Origin: Octopus vulgaris
Lineage: Eukaryota
Length of the DNA: 64,000 nucleotides
Assembly: GCA_951406725.2 (NCBI GenBank)
Contig: OX597824.1
Span: 79,484,001-79,548,000 of the forward strand
Direction: 5' to 3'
Shown: positions 41,761-54,403 of the stretch, in pieces
Layout: each line of letters starts with the position of its first letter
Position numbering within the stretch: position 1 is the stretch's first letter
The notes under the pieces: model-generated
The model's database searches: none
Told to the model about the DNA's origin: nothing
What the model saw: the letters and a program-made list of their open reading frames with translations, nothing else
Program-made: the position numbers and the translations under genes

Positions 41761-42843
41761 ACTATGTCCGTATTTATGTATATATAAGAGAGAGAGCGTC
41801 TGCTACACTTGTATAAAGCCAAAATTAATGTTAATTAATAAATAATATTACACCCTAACTAACGATCGTGTGAATGACTAATTCTGGTTTCAAAAGGCAG
41901 GAGAGACAATCCTGTAACTTTATTTAAACCTAATTAAATATGGAATGTTGTAAGGAGTGGGTTTGTTTTTGAGTCGTACAGTAGCACCTCCAAACTTTTC
42001 AGTTAAGTAAATAAAGGAGTAACACTATTTTAGTTCATTCTAGTTTATGTCCCTTCAACCCAGACAAAACGGTGATAAACTGCAAGCACTCAAAATGTTG
42101 GGTTAATAAGTTCTATTAAACTCCTATGAACTGTTTTGTTAATCCTTTCACGACATATTTCTAATAAAATACATACCCTGTGAAAATAATCAAGAAGCTA
42201 GAAGGGCTTAGTAACATAACTTTTTCATTAATAAGTGGTGTTTGAAATATAACTTAATAAAATTAGTTCTTAGAAAGAAAAAAAAAGTAAGCTGGAATGT
42301 TTTAATTTAAATATGAATAATTCAAAATCAGAAATTTCGTATCTTAGATTCAGAGACGGTCTTATGTTGATCAGTAATCAAAAGCAGACATGCGTTAAAA
42401 TGGGTTTTAACGCATAAAGCGCGACGGGCCACGATCGTAGCCCAGATAAATGCATTTAATTTATGGGCTTTTGTTGGGGGTCTAATGTCACTCAAATGCT
42501 CCGATACCCCGCAGAATGCAAGAGGACTAATAGTTCGACTAATGACTTTGCAGGTGATGTAAAACTTGCCACCATTATATACTAAGAAGATATTTTGACT
42601 ATTTTTTTTTCTTTTTTATGTCTCATTTTTATAAAATGTGCTCAGCAGTCCATGCTATGTAAGTGAAAATCCCAGCGCTTTATGGGTTAAAAACTAGGGG
42701 TATGCTAGGGGTCCGTGAAGAGGAAATCGTGAGACAAAAGGTGTAGGAATCGTGGTTATACAGTTGTTCTCATCCAGGGTTCATATAAGATTGTTACAAT
42801 TTATTTGCAATAAATTGATTGTACTTCTACAATACACAAAATA

Positions 42844-43404
42844 GGATCTTTTCGGTTTGAATGGTAGTTTTTTCTAGCGGTGTCATATGAAATTGCCATC
42901 CATAATTATGACCCTAGTATCGATCTATTGCATTTCAATCTGTTTTAGGGGTTAGGGTTGGTTAGGGTTAAGGGTGGGGGAAGGGTATCTTTTTTCTTCA
43001 GAAATGTAAATAAACCCAATCTGTTTCTTAAACGAGGGACATATTCATATGGCACAGAATGTTTTCAACTCAATAGACGTCATTGATTGGTTGAAATTGC
43101 AGAAATTGAAGAAAAAAAACAACAAATATCTTACAAACTATAGAATTTTCTCAATAAAGCCAAGAAAAAAAGATGTTTTATAAACACATTCTACCAGTAT
43201 ATGAAGTTTAAAATTTTTTAGTTACCTAGAAATTATGTTAAAAACTGTAGTTCAAACCGAAAAAGATCCCCCTAACCCTAACCCTAACTAACCCTAACCC
43301 TAAAACAGATTGAAATGCAATAGATCGATACTAGGGTCATAATTATGGGTGACAATTTCATATGACACCTCTAGAAAAAACTGCCGTTCAAACCAAAAAG
43401 GTCC
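42844..43404. mobile_element. TIR element carrying TTAGGG repeats, plus an inverted partial copy
   Basis: TIR GGATCTTTTCGGTTTGAA..TTCAAACCGAAAAAGATCC (42844-43269). 43270-43404 is an inverted duplicate of the left ~130 bp. Confidence 0.8.
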
Positions 43405-43592
43405 AAAGGGAGTCCTTTCATTTCTATTTTACTTTCATAAAAAATATCCTTTCATTAAAAGAAATGGTTGAGAAACACTAGATTAGTCGCAAAAAAATAG
43501 AGAATGTATAAGTACGCCATTTTTATATCTGAGAGAAACCAGTCATTACTTGAGCTAATTCGATCGATTATGTTCTACCTTGATTCAACTAT

Positions 43593-43964
43593 TGGAAGCA
43601 CTCCGTCGGTTACGACGACGAGGGTTCCAGTTGATCCGAATCAACGGAACAGCCTGCTCGTGAAATTAACGTGTAAGTGGCTGAGCACTTCACAGACACG
43701 TGTACCCTTAATGTAGTTCTCGGGGATATTCAGCGTGACACAAGAGAGTGACAAGGCTGGCCCTTTGAAATACAGGTACAACAGAAACAGGAAGTAAGAG
43801 TGAGAGAAAGTTGTGGTGAAAGAGTACAGCAGGGATCACCACCATCCCCTGCCAGAGCCTCGTGGAGCTTTTTAGATGTTTTCGCTCAATAAACACTCAC
43901 AACGCCCGGTCTGGGAATCGAAACCGCGAGTCCGCTGCCCTAACCACTGGGCCATTGCGCCTCC
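43593..43964 (-). mobile_element. SINE family B
   Basis: Near full-length. TSD gattcaactat. Confidence 0.92.
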
Positions 43965-44534
43965 ACGATTCAACTATAGCATCATGTCTGCCAAAAACGC
44001 TTTTTTAAAATTTAGTTATGTCTCTCTAACATTTTGAGTATAATTTCCAAATAGATTTAACCTCACCTTTCATCCATTTGCAGACCATAATGTGCACACA
44101 GAAATATGTACCGAGGTCGATGTAATCATTTGTATCACTGTCCTACATTTGTTGTTGACTTATGCCAATGTAAAACATTTTTTATTTTATTCATCTTGAA
44201 ATCAAATCACTTAGCACATCTCTAATGTCATTTAAGATTTCTATGTAGACAAATCTGCCTGGATTTGCTTTGGTTTTTCTGGACTGATGAAATAAGTAAC
44301 TAAAAATTTATTATTTGCCAGAAAATAACCAGCTTTAACTTCATCTTGGAAAAATATCGAAGTTGATAAACAACAGGAATCAAAGAATGTGTTGGTGTAT
44401 ATGATTGCTTGTCTACTAAGAATAGCAGCCTAATCGCCCTCATAAAAAATGACACATTTTATTGTGTAGAGTAGAAACACTTCCGAAAAAGAAAAAAAGC
44501 CAAATATATCTAGGGCTTGAACATCTTTCATTAT

Positions 44535-44710
44535 AGGCGGCGAGCTGGCAGAATTGTTAGCACGCCGGGCAAAATGCTTATTGATATTTCGTCCGTCTTC
44601 ACGTTCTGAGTTTTAATTCCCCTAAGATCGACTTTGCCTTTCATCCTTTCGAGATCGATAAAATAAGTACCAGTTGAGCACTGGGGTCGATGTAATCTAC
44701 TTACCCCCTC
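44535..44710 (+). mobile_element. SINE family D variant
   Basis: D head and central domain. Confidence 0.8.
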
Positions 44711-45018
44711 CTCCAGCGCTGTATGTAAGTTGTGTATGCCAGGGGCTCCAGTATATTGCTTTGTTCATGGGGCCTGTAGTACCGTTAAGGCGGAATTGAG
44801 TACACCCGCTTCATTAAGATGCTTGGCAAGAAGGAAGTCAAGATGAGTAGTTGTCAGAAACCGCATTCAAAGGGTTAAAACTTTTCTAATAGGCATTGAA
44901 AATGCAAACTACCTTTTGGTTATGTCATCCATCATTAAAAAATTGGGTTTTACGGGAAATTTCGGTAAACATAAAAACTAAAAAAATTTAATGAACATGA
45001 AAATTTTTTAAATTAATA

Positions 45019-45520
45019 AGCTATTGGGAAAAATTCAAGAAATTAAGACTCTATTCCTTAGAGCGCAGGCGAGAAAGATATGCCATAATATACATCTGAA
45101 AGATCCTGGAAACAACTTGTCCCAAACTTTGGCATCGAGAGTTACACAAATACTAGAACTGGGTGCCACTGCATAGTGCCAAAGACTCCAAATTGGCCAT
45201 CAAGATGTAGGACAAGATACTGCAATAGCCTGGACTTCAGAGGTCCACAGCTCTTCAATATCCTCCCGAAGGACCTGAGAGACCTGCATGGGGTGGATGT
45301 AGGTGTCTTCAAAATAAAGCTTGGACCTCTTCCTGTCAAGTGTACCATATGAACCAACCTCACGGCAGGAGGTGCAGATGAGGGCAGCTGCATCAAATTC
45401 TCTCATGCACCAAATGTCAATTCCTAAAGAGCATTCGAGAAGTAAAATTATGTAGTGACACCAAATGGCAGTGCCCCAGTATGGCCACAGCTCGTGAGCT
45501 GAAACTAGATAAAAAAAATG
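45019..45520 (+). mobile_element. CR1-group LINE 3' end (degenerate ORF2 C-terminus plus 3' tail)
   Basis: SYWEKFKKLRLYSLERRRERYAIIYI*KILE...FRGPQLFNILPKDLRDL...FKIKL, with a stop and frameshifts. Tail AATGGCAGTGCCCCAGTATGGCCACAGCTCGTGAGCTGAAACTAGA. Confidence 0.85.
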
Positions 45521-45577
45521 AAAACTGAAAAAATTAAACATCTTATTGAATCGGATAACATTTTCATAATAAATTAT

Positions 45578-45790
45578 ACCTATTTCTTTATTACCCACAA
45601 GGGGCTAAACATAGAGGGGACAAACGAGGACAGACATAAGTATTAAGTCGATTACATCGACCCCAGTGCGTAACTGGTACTTAATTTACCGACCCCGAAA
45701 GGATGAAAAGCAAAGTCGACCTTGACGGAATTTGAACTCAGGGCTACGCATTTTGCCCAGCGTGCTAACGATTCTGCCAGTTCGCTGCCT
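45578..45790 (-). mobile_element. SINE family D
   Basis: Homology to family D. Confidence 0.85.
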
Positions 45791-46655
45791 TACATTTTAA
45801 TGACAAATTATACCATGCCTATTAAGGAGGCCAAACGTCAACAATGTGTTGAAGTATTGAATCAAAAGGATCTGACTCCTTTAATCTCTTGTCGACACAT
45901 TAACTCGATTTTTTTAGTGGGGACGTAATTCAATTTTTTAATGGCAATTTTTTTAATGGGGGTGAGATAACCAAAACGTACCGCAAACTGAATTCTAATA
46001 ATATAAAATTTGTCAGATTAAGATAATTTAGTTTGTCATGAGGAGGGGCAGTTCTGACAGTTTGGACAAGACTTGTAAACAAACTTATCTTTAAAGAAAT
46101 TTATCAAGTTTTGCTATTTATGTGTGTATCTTTACCAGCCCAAACCTTCTGTAGCTCTCTTAGATTCTAGTTTGTTTGCAGTTAAGTATATAAATCAGAA
46201 TAAAAAAACATTGACCTCGTACGTTGTCGACGGATACCACAGTAATTTAAATGTCAACACCAAACGTCAGAGACTCTAATGTATGCAAGTAGCATACTTC
46301 TATGTAAACATTTATGTTTTTTCTCCTCCAAATTGGACTCTAAATTGAATTTAGTTAACTGAGTTAACACGGAATAAACTCTTAGGTTTGAAGGCGAAAG
46401 TTTAACCGAAACCAATTTGTAAATATAGAAGTTCTGAGAATTACCAAAAATAGACCAAAATAAAATGGTGTTTTTTTTTTTACTTACACATTTTTAGCTA
46501 AGGTTATTGTTTAACACTTTATATTACCGCCTTCATATTTAGGTTATTTTAAATGTTATTCATTATTATATGATGTAGCATTTCATGAATCAAATATTTA
46601 TTAATAAAACTGTCGCGTCAACAATGACTGTCTTGTTTATACTGCCATATTGACA

Positions 46656-47171
46656 ACTAGCAGCATAGCCCGGCATTGCCCGGGTATGTAAGAGCCCCTG
46701 GAGCAGACATGATGCTCGCTGTGAATTTTAAAAAAATTCCTGCCAATTTGTGAAAGATATTGTCGAAAATATGTCATCTTGAATTTGATCGCAATTTCCC
46801 AAAATGGCTGATTTTATCGATTTTTTTCTGATGGTAAGGTATTGCATGGAAAACTAACGTCAGAATTAAGTTTCTTAGGGTAACATTAAGCTTCACCATG
46901 AGTTTGGTGAAAATCAATTGCAAGTTGCGAAAACTACAACAGAAAATGTGTTGCAAATAAAAAGCTTAGATTCTCGACCCCATGTCCAATTTATCGATTT
47001 CTTTCAGAACTGGGGGAACTTTTTAAAATTTTCGCTGCGTTAGTTTTGAATTATGACATTGGGCTATGTGTGTGTCAAGTTTCATCAGAATCGGTTGAAA
47101 GCCATGGCCAGGGTGAGGGTACAACCTGACAGACACACAGACAGACAAACTGCCGTTTATATATAGAGAGA
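46656..47171 (-). mobile_element. Non-autonomous Helitron
   Basis: Minus strand starts TCTCTCTATATATAAACGGCAG and ends CCCGGGCAATGCCGGG..CTAGT. Confidence 0.75.
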
Positions 47172-47659
47172 TAACATCTGCTTGGTTTACTCTGGACCAG
47201 TTAACCATACAGTTTGGCTTTGTTGAGTAAAAATATTAATTCTTTTTTTATGTCGAAATATGAAGTAAACATGACAATAAAAGTTGCCAGCCATTTTAAT
47301 GAAATTATTGAATTAAATGAGAATTTTAAAAGCGATTGTGTTGTCATTATTGAAGAATGTAGAATATATAGATCTGTGTCCATTGTCGATTTTTAAAAAA
47401 AACTATAGTATTTGTGTTAATTTATTAACTTGTGGTTGTCTAAGTAGATAAATTGGTAGATAGTAGTGTGAGCAATTAATATCAAGCAAATAATGAAGTA
47501 TCAAGATATATGTGGAACAAACATTAGAGCAGTATAACTGACATTGATGGCTTTGTTGCTGGTTCAGGTTTTAATATTCAACTATGCTGACAAAATGAGA
47601 TGACATACGTGCATGCATGACACATAAATATACATATATACACATGTAGAAACATACGG

Positions 47660-47710
<51 letters not shown>

Positions 47711-47729
47711 CAGACATAGTGAAATAAGA

Positions 47730-48140
47730 GGATTTTTGCGGTTTGAACGGCAGTTTTTTAAAATAATTTCCGCGTAACAAAACACTTTTAAACTTCGTAT
47801 TCTGGCAGAATGTGTTTATAAAACATATTTTTCTCTTGGCTTTATTGAAAAAATTCTATAGTTTGTAAGATATTTGTTGTTTTTTTTCTTCAATTTCTGC
47901 AATTTCAACCAATCAATGACGTCTATTGAGGTGAAAGCATTCTGTGCCGTATGAAAATGTCCCTCGTTTAAGAAACAGATTGGGTTTATTTACATTTCTG
48001 AAGAAAAAAAGATACCCTTCCCCCCACCCCTAACCCTAAAAGAGATTGAAATGCAATAGATCGATACTAGGGTCATAATTATGGGTGACAATTTCATATG
48101 ACACCTCTAGAAAAAACTGCCATTCAAACCGAAAAGATTC
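47730..48140. mobile_element. Second copy of the TTAGGG-containing TIR element, opposite orientation
   Basis: Reverse complement of 42844-43269. Confidence 0.8.
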
Positions 48141-48611
48141 AAATAAGATAATTCAAATTCACTTTATTAATAATTAGCCGTTGATCGAGCCTTATAATTT
48201 CTTAATGTTTAAAATAAAACAAAAAAAAAAAAAAATTACTGAACGTTCGGTGCTTGGTAGAAATTTTGTCCAATATTTTGGGAAAACATGTACACCATTC
48301 CACTTTTGTAATTTTTAAGTTTACATTAAGTAATCAATCCTCATGCTTTGAAAGTGAAATTTAATCTCCGAACACCACAAATATTTTAAGTAATTGGGTG
48401 TTAACAAATTAAATGCATGGAACCTTAAATGGCTAAAGTATAAATACTTACATGCATCAGTTATGTATCATAAATTACTTCACAGTTTCTTTCAAGCATG
48501 GAATTATTTAATTGCTAAATTATAAGTGTTCATTAGAGAAGGATTGCTCCTAAGTGATATACTACATAACATTCAAGATGAACGAATTGTTAAAATGTAC
48601 CTAAAATACTG

Positions 48612-48809
48612 TTTTACTTGTTTCAGTCATTTTACTGTGGCCATGCTGGAGCACTGCCTTTAGTTGAGCAAATCGACCCCAGGACTTATGCTTTGTAAGC
48701 CTAGTAATTATTCTATCATTCTCTTTTGCCGAACCGCTAAGTTACGGGAATGTAAATACACCTGCATCGGTTGTCAAGCGATGTTGGGGAGACAAACACA
48801 GACACACAA

Positions 48810-48867
<58 letters not shown>

Positions 48868-49020
48868 GACGGGCTTCTTTCAGTTTCCGTCAACCAAATC
48901 CTCTCACAAGGCTTTGGTTGACCCGGGGCTATAGTAGAAGACACTTGCCCAAGGTGCCACACAGTTGGACTGAACCCTGGAACCATGTGGTTGGTAAGCA
49001 AGCTACTTACCACACAGCCA
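48612..49020 (-). mobile_element. SINE family A
   Basis: Homology to family A. Confidence 0.88.
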
Positions 49021-49063
49021 ATAAGGGAAACTTTTTTTCTTTTTTTTTTTATCAAATGGAATA

Positions 49064-49305
49064 GTGAGTTTGATTCCCAGACTGGGTTCTGTGTTGTGTT
49101 CTTGAACAAGACACTTTATTTCACATTGCTCCAGCTCACTCTGCTGTAGAAATGAGTCATGACTCCACTGATGCCAAGTTGTACCAGCCTTTGCCTTTCC
49201 CTTGGATAACATTATTGGCATGGAAAGGGGAGGCTAATATGCATAGGTGACTGCTGGTCTTCTACAAACAACCTTGCCTGGACTTGTGCCTTGGAGGGGA
49301 ACTTT
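49064..49305 (+). mobile_element. SINE family E, truncated
   Basis: Homology to family E. Confidence 0.8.
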
Positions 49306-50256
49306 ATAAAACCCAGTATAGTCTGTAAATCACTAAATTTCTGAATAACCAGCATTGATAAAAAACTGAAACTCTGATCTAGATTCAATTGAATGTAAGA
49401 TCCTTATAAACTAAACATGAAAATAAGCCATGGTAGAAACAAGTAAACCAAATCTAGCACCATACCAGACAATGGGAGAATCCCAAACAACTAGGATTAC
49501 AAATAGTTATAACAGTGATATGCTGAAGAACACAAAAATGTAATGCATAAACAACTACATAAGAATCACAGAAAGAACAATTTAATTTCAATACACATAG
49601 GCATCACCCCATCATCAGCTGTTCTATCAGGAATCATTATGGTTTCTTTTATGTATAGATTGATGATCACTGTCAACTCTTCATGGAACAAACAGATCTA
49701 ATTCGCATTTAGAGGCATGCAATTTTGAGAAGACTGGCTCCAACAATCTCTGAAAACATCCATTTTTAACTAGTAATATTTCAAAAGGAATATTAGCTTC
49801 CTGTCATTAAAGATTCATTAAATATTAAATTCTGATGCAGTCAACATAAAATGGCCTGGTTGTGTTGAATGGAGAACTGATAAATAATAAATAATTTAAA
49901 AGAAATTGATAAATGGGCAATTTTAATATTCCTTATCAATTGTTTTCTTCAGACATTGATAATTTAGGCATGGAAAACCTTTTACAGTGCCATATGTATT
50001 GTAAGTTCCTTTTCTTTCCACATTTTTATGTAGGGTTTTTTAGTTAGCGCCTGTGATAAACCAATTACAATTTAGTAAAATGACTAGCAAAAAAAAAAAA
50101 AAAAAGAAAGAAAAGAACAAAACCATTTTCATCATCTTGTAGATTTATCCTGGTTTGAATGCTAGGAATTACTTTTTGAAAAGCTAGCTGGACTTGAGCT
50201 AACTAAAAACATTGAAAATACTCAATTTTAATAAAAATTCAATTCTGTTAATAGCT

Positions 50257-50484
50257 TTAACCCTTTCGTTACTGTATTTATTTTGAGATGCTCTGTGTTT
50301 CTTTCGATTACTTTAAATATAACAAAGAATTTAGTAAATTAACTTAGTTATCATTCAGCTAGTGTTAGGAACATAAAAAGTGACTAAGGTTTGGTAGAAG
50401 ATTTTAATTTAGAACTTATGAAAACAAGTCATTTGTACTCAGAGCCAGAGCTGGTTTCAGCCGGTATGGTAACGAAAGGGTTAA
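50257..50484. mobile_element. piggyBac-type MITE
   Basis: TTAA-CCCTTTCGTTAC...GTAACGAAAGGG-TTAA. Confidence 0.85.
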
Positions 50485-50762
50485 TGAAAAACCAAATATA
50501 GATTTAGTTCTGATGCAAGAATCCAAGACTAAAATTATTCTTAATTTCAAATTTATTCCTTAATAATTCATTTTTACTGCCCTGTTACAATCGTTACAAT
50601 CTTTTACTTTTTGAGTTCAAATCCTGCAGTGGTTAACTTCACATGTCATCCCTTGGTGGTGGGTGGGTGGGATGTTGATAAGATAAAGTACCAATTGGTA
50701 ACCAGAACAGATGTTAATACAAGTCCTACAAAGCATCCCAGATCTTTGGTATTTTATCTTCA

Positions 50763-51140
50763 ACTTGTTTCAGTCACTGGATTGTAGCCATACTGGGGCA
50801 CTGCCTTGAAGTGTTTAGTCAATCAAACCAACTCCAATACTTAATTTAAGTCTGGTACTTATACTACCAGTATCTTTTGCTGAACCACTAAGTTATGGGA
50901 ATGTAAACAAACCAGCACTGGTTGTCAAGTGGTAGTGGAAAACAAATACAAACACACACACATACACACACACACACATTTATACATATATATGATGTGC
51001 TTCCACACAGATTCCAGCTATCAAATTCTCTCATAAAGCATTGGTTGGCCAGGGGTTATAGTAGAAGACACTTGTCCAAGGTGCCATGCAATGGGACTGA
51101 ACCTGAAACCACATGGTTACCAAGCAAGCGTCTTAACTGC
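50763..51140 (-). mobile_element. Older SINE family A, head interrupted by a MITE
   Basis: Diverged copy. Head resumes near 51860 (taaccacacagct). Confidence 0.75.
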
Positions 51141-51144
51141 ATGC

Positions 51145-51856
51145 AAAAATTTTTTTCCCATGAGAGTTCCGGACCCCAGTAATGAACTCATTTGCATACA
51201 GCCAATCAGAGCTCACCTTGACCATGTCAAGTTAACAAACAGACTCTACCAAGTAAACTCAAAATAAAGAACAGTGTTGTTAGCCGACCAACTGCCAAGT
51301 TATACCAGATTTTAGAAAGGGACAAGTAATTAGATAGATTTGAACCTATACCTATTATTGGCTTTTGTTAGGGCCCCATATGGTAAAGATGTGGATGGGA
51401 AAAACATGGTAGAGGGTGATGTGCTAGCAACCCACTCCCCTTAACCCTTTAGTGTTTAAACTGGCCATATCTGGCCCAGATATTCTACATGTTTTATATT
51501 CAAACTGGCAATATCTAGCCTCTCACACCTACCCGACAATGTTATTCTAAATATAAACAATCACATCATTGAAACCTCAAAGCTATAAGATAATGCATGA
51601 TTAATTCAAAACAATTTGAGTGGAAAAGTATTACATTTAACAGAGTAATCTGAACACTAAAGGGTTAAAACAAGAACAAGAACACTATAATTATCAAAAG
51701 AGAAAAGAAGTATGGTCATTCCTTACCCAAATGACCTTATCTTATCGCCCATCTCTTGTTATGCACTCATAAATTAGTTTGATAGTTGAACTCTGATTGG
51801 CTGTATGCAAGTGAATTCATAACTGGGATCCGGAACTCTTGTAGGAAAAAAATTTT
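51145..51856. mobile_element. MITE with ~75-bp TIRs
   Basis: GAGTTCCGGACCCCAGTAATGAACTCATTTGCATACAGCCAATCAGAG versus CTCTGATTGGCTGTATGCAAGTGAATTCATAACTGGGATCCGGAACTC. Confidence 0.75.
51441..51668. mobile_element. piggyBac-type MITE nested in another MITE
   Basis: TTAA-CCCTTTAGTGTT...AACACTAAAGGG-TTAA. Confidence 0.85.
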
Positions 51857-51993
51857 TCACTAACCACACAGCTAAGTCAGCAAAAATAATTTTGACAGAA
51901 AGCTAAAACTAAGCTTGCTTTGAAAAATCTCTTAAAACTGCAAGGTAGGCAGAGGGTAGCTGTAAGCTTTATATTGGTTTCTTACGTTAGCAA

Positions 51994-52492
51994 TTACCGT
52001 AAATCCTTGAATATAATACGTAGGGGATTTTTAGGGGGCTCTACCTCTGAAAAGCCTAAAATTGTGTATAACACGCACCCTTTCTCTAACTTGAGTCAAG
52101 GAGGTCTATATAACATCCTTGGTTTGTAAAAATGTATACGGTAACGTCCTTTATTATTATTGTATATATAACATAATGCAAACGTGTTGCTTTTTTGTGC
52201 ATTTTGTTTGCAGAAAATAAAGAAATAACAGTAATAATGTTTAATAAATGTTGCTTACTGCAAGTTATATATGTTTCTTTTATGACTTCATTGCTTTCAG
52301 GCTTAGCTTAAGGTATTTTCGCGCCCGACATCACAAAATGCGTGTGAATAAACATTGCCGGACAGCAAATAGAGACTCAGACATTGCTTAGAAAATAATT
52401 TTCATTTTTAACCTCGTATATAGTACGCACTAGGGATTTTGACCTTTAAATTTTGGGAAAAAAATGCGGATTATACTTGTGGATTTACAGTA
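51994..52492. mobile_element. pogo/Tigger-like MITE
   Basis: TACCGTAAATCC...GGATTTACAGTA termini with TA. Confidence 0.75.
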
Positions 52493-52773
52493 GGTCAGAA
52501 ACGTATGATATATCAATGTGTGTGTGTGTGTGTGCGCATGCACATGTGTTATAGACGATTAAATGAACCTCAGTACATGACTGCTATTTATATTATCGGC
52601 CTCTGAAAATTTTGAAAAAATATCAAAATGTTTTTCATATTTTTCTAAGCAAACTGAAAGTGAAAAATTGCTGGCTAGCCAGCTTTGTATGGATTTAACC
52701 ATGTAGGTGTGTAGATTATTGATTGATTCTAGTTTCAGCTCACGAGCTGTGGCCATGCTGGGGCACCGCCATT

Positions 52774-52779
52774 AAAAAA
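52774..52779 (-). terminator. Pol III terminator (T6) downstream of 5S
   Basis: TTTTTT 4 nt after the 5S 3' end. Confidence 0.65.
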
Positions 52780-52783
52780 TGTA

Positions 52784-52903
52784 ATGCTTACAGCACCTAG
52801 GTTTCCCAAGCGGTCACCCATCTAAGTACTATCTAGGCTCGATGTTGCTTAACTTCGGTGATCGGACAAGAACCGGTGCTTTCAACGTGATATGGCCGTA
52901 AGC
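52784..52903 (-). rRNA. Dispersed full-length 5S rRNA copy with T6 terminator, followed by a LINE 3' tail
   Basis: Minus strand GCTTACGGCCATATCACGTTGAAAGCACCGG...CCTAGGTGCTGTAAGCAT, then TACATTTTTT. Confidence 0.93.
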
Positions 52904-54403
52904 CATATTAATTATGTGAATTAATTAGTAAAAATTTTTTTAAATTAAGCTAGACGGATTACCTCCTACTCACTCTACATAACCAGAATAACCCTTTTGC
53001 TGTGGAAAACCAGATATATCCACTCAGAATTTTATTACCCTTAACTGCAGAAAGCAGTTTGATATACCAATCTATCTTTTGTTGAGAAATGTCATGTTTG
53101 ACGCTATTTTTCATTAGATCTGACAAGTTTATTGAGCTTATGTGACTTCTAGAAAAAATACCAATTCTACTTTTTGGCAGTTATTTCACATTATTACTGG
53201 AATAACCATGGAATTTTATTTTGCAGTTAAAGGAATATAAAACCTATTCAATGTTTGATCAATTCTAAAATTTAAAATCTAAGCATACTAAAACTCTGTA
53301 ACATATTACCAAGAGAAATCAGAAACTAATATCTTCAAAATTCCCTTGAAACTGAGACTCAAAGAATACCTCAGTTTGGTGAACACTACTGAAATAGTAT
53401 TGAATTAAAATCACCATCTGCATATCATACTAAATGTATATATATTTATATATATATTGGATTGGATTGGTTTGTTTATCTTCAGTCCATTGCAGAACAA
53501 AGGCCTCGGCATGTTCACTTCGCCAACCACAGTCTGATGTGGAGGCTATGAATTTGAGCTTGAGATCGTATTGGTTTGATGAGCTAACTCTGCCACAATT
53601 ATATACTATTTATTTATTATTTTGTACTTTATTTAGTTCTAGATAAATGTTTTATCCTATATTTAATTTTTTTCTATATGGTATGATTTAATTATATCAT
53701 TGTTGAATTGCTACATGGTGGTTCTTCTCTAATTTATATGCATACATACACACACACACATATATATATATATATTTTTTTCCGACCAGGTTATCAGATG
53801 TTGTTACACATCGCTGGTCACAATGTGCTTCGCATTGTTTTAGCCTTCAAGTGACACCACCCCGCTGGCTAAGCGAGCAGGCCAACAGAAGAAAGAGTGA
53901 GAGAAATTGGCAAAAGAGTACAACACACAGGAGGTATTGAAAAGTTCCTGACTTTGGGTGAAAGAAAATACAGGAGTATCAGTTAATTATGATTTCCTTC
54001 AACATATTCCCGTCTTGGATTCACACACTTACTGCAGGGGTCCTTCAGTTTTTCTAAGCCCTATAAAAGAACTCGGAAAGTTGGGCCTCCAACCAGGCCT
54101 TTTGCAATACCCTTAAAACCTAGAACTTTCCAGCACCCCATATATATGCATACACACACACACACGGCAGGTTTCTTTCAGTTTTTGCTTAACAAATCCA
54201 CCCACAAAGCTTTGATTGGCCTGGTGCTATAGTAGAAGGCACTTTCCCAAAGAGCTACACAGTAGGATTGAACCTGAAATCATGAGGTTAGGAGCAAACT
54301 TCTTAACCACACTGTCATAACAATGTGGTTGTGAACCAAACAAACAATCATCTTAACTACACAGCTATGCTTGCACCTTTCGAGTATATATAATATATAT
54401 ACG

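Noticed and set aside
42944-42975. TTAGGG repeats as a telomere or fusion scar
   Set aside because: Only a few units, internal to a dispersed TIR element.
49575-49625. CTGATGA...GAAA hammerhead-like motif on the minus strand
   Set aside because: Helices II and III and the cleavage triplet cannot be formed convincingly.
52974-53044. 71-nt minus-strand exon candidate (KGNKILSGYIWFSTAKGLFWLCR)
   Set aside because: The acceptor lies in an inverted repeat with 53216-53245, suggesting transposon origin. Left unresolved.
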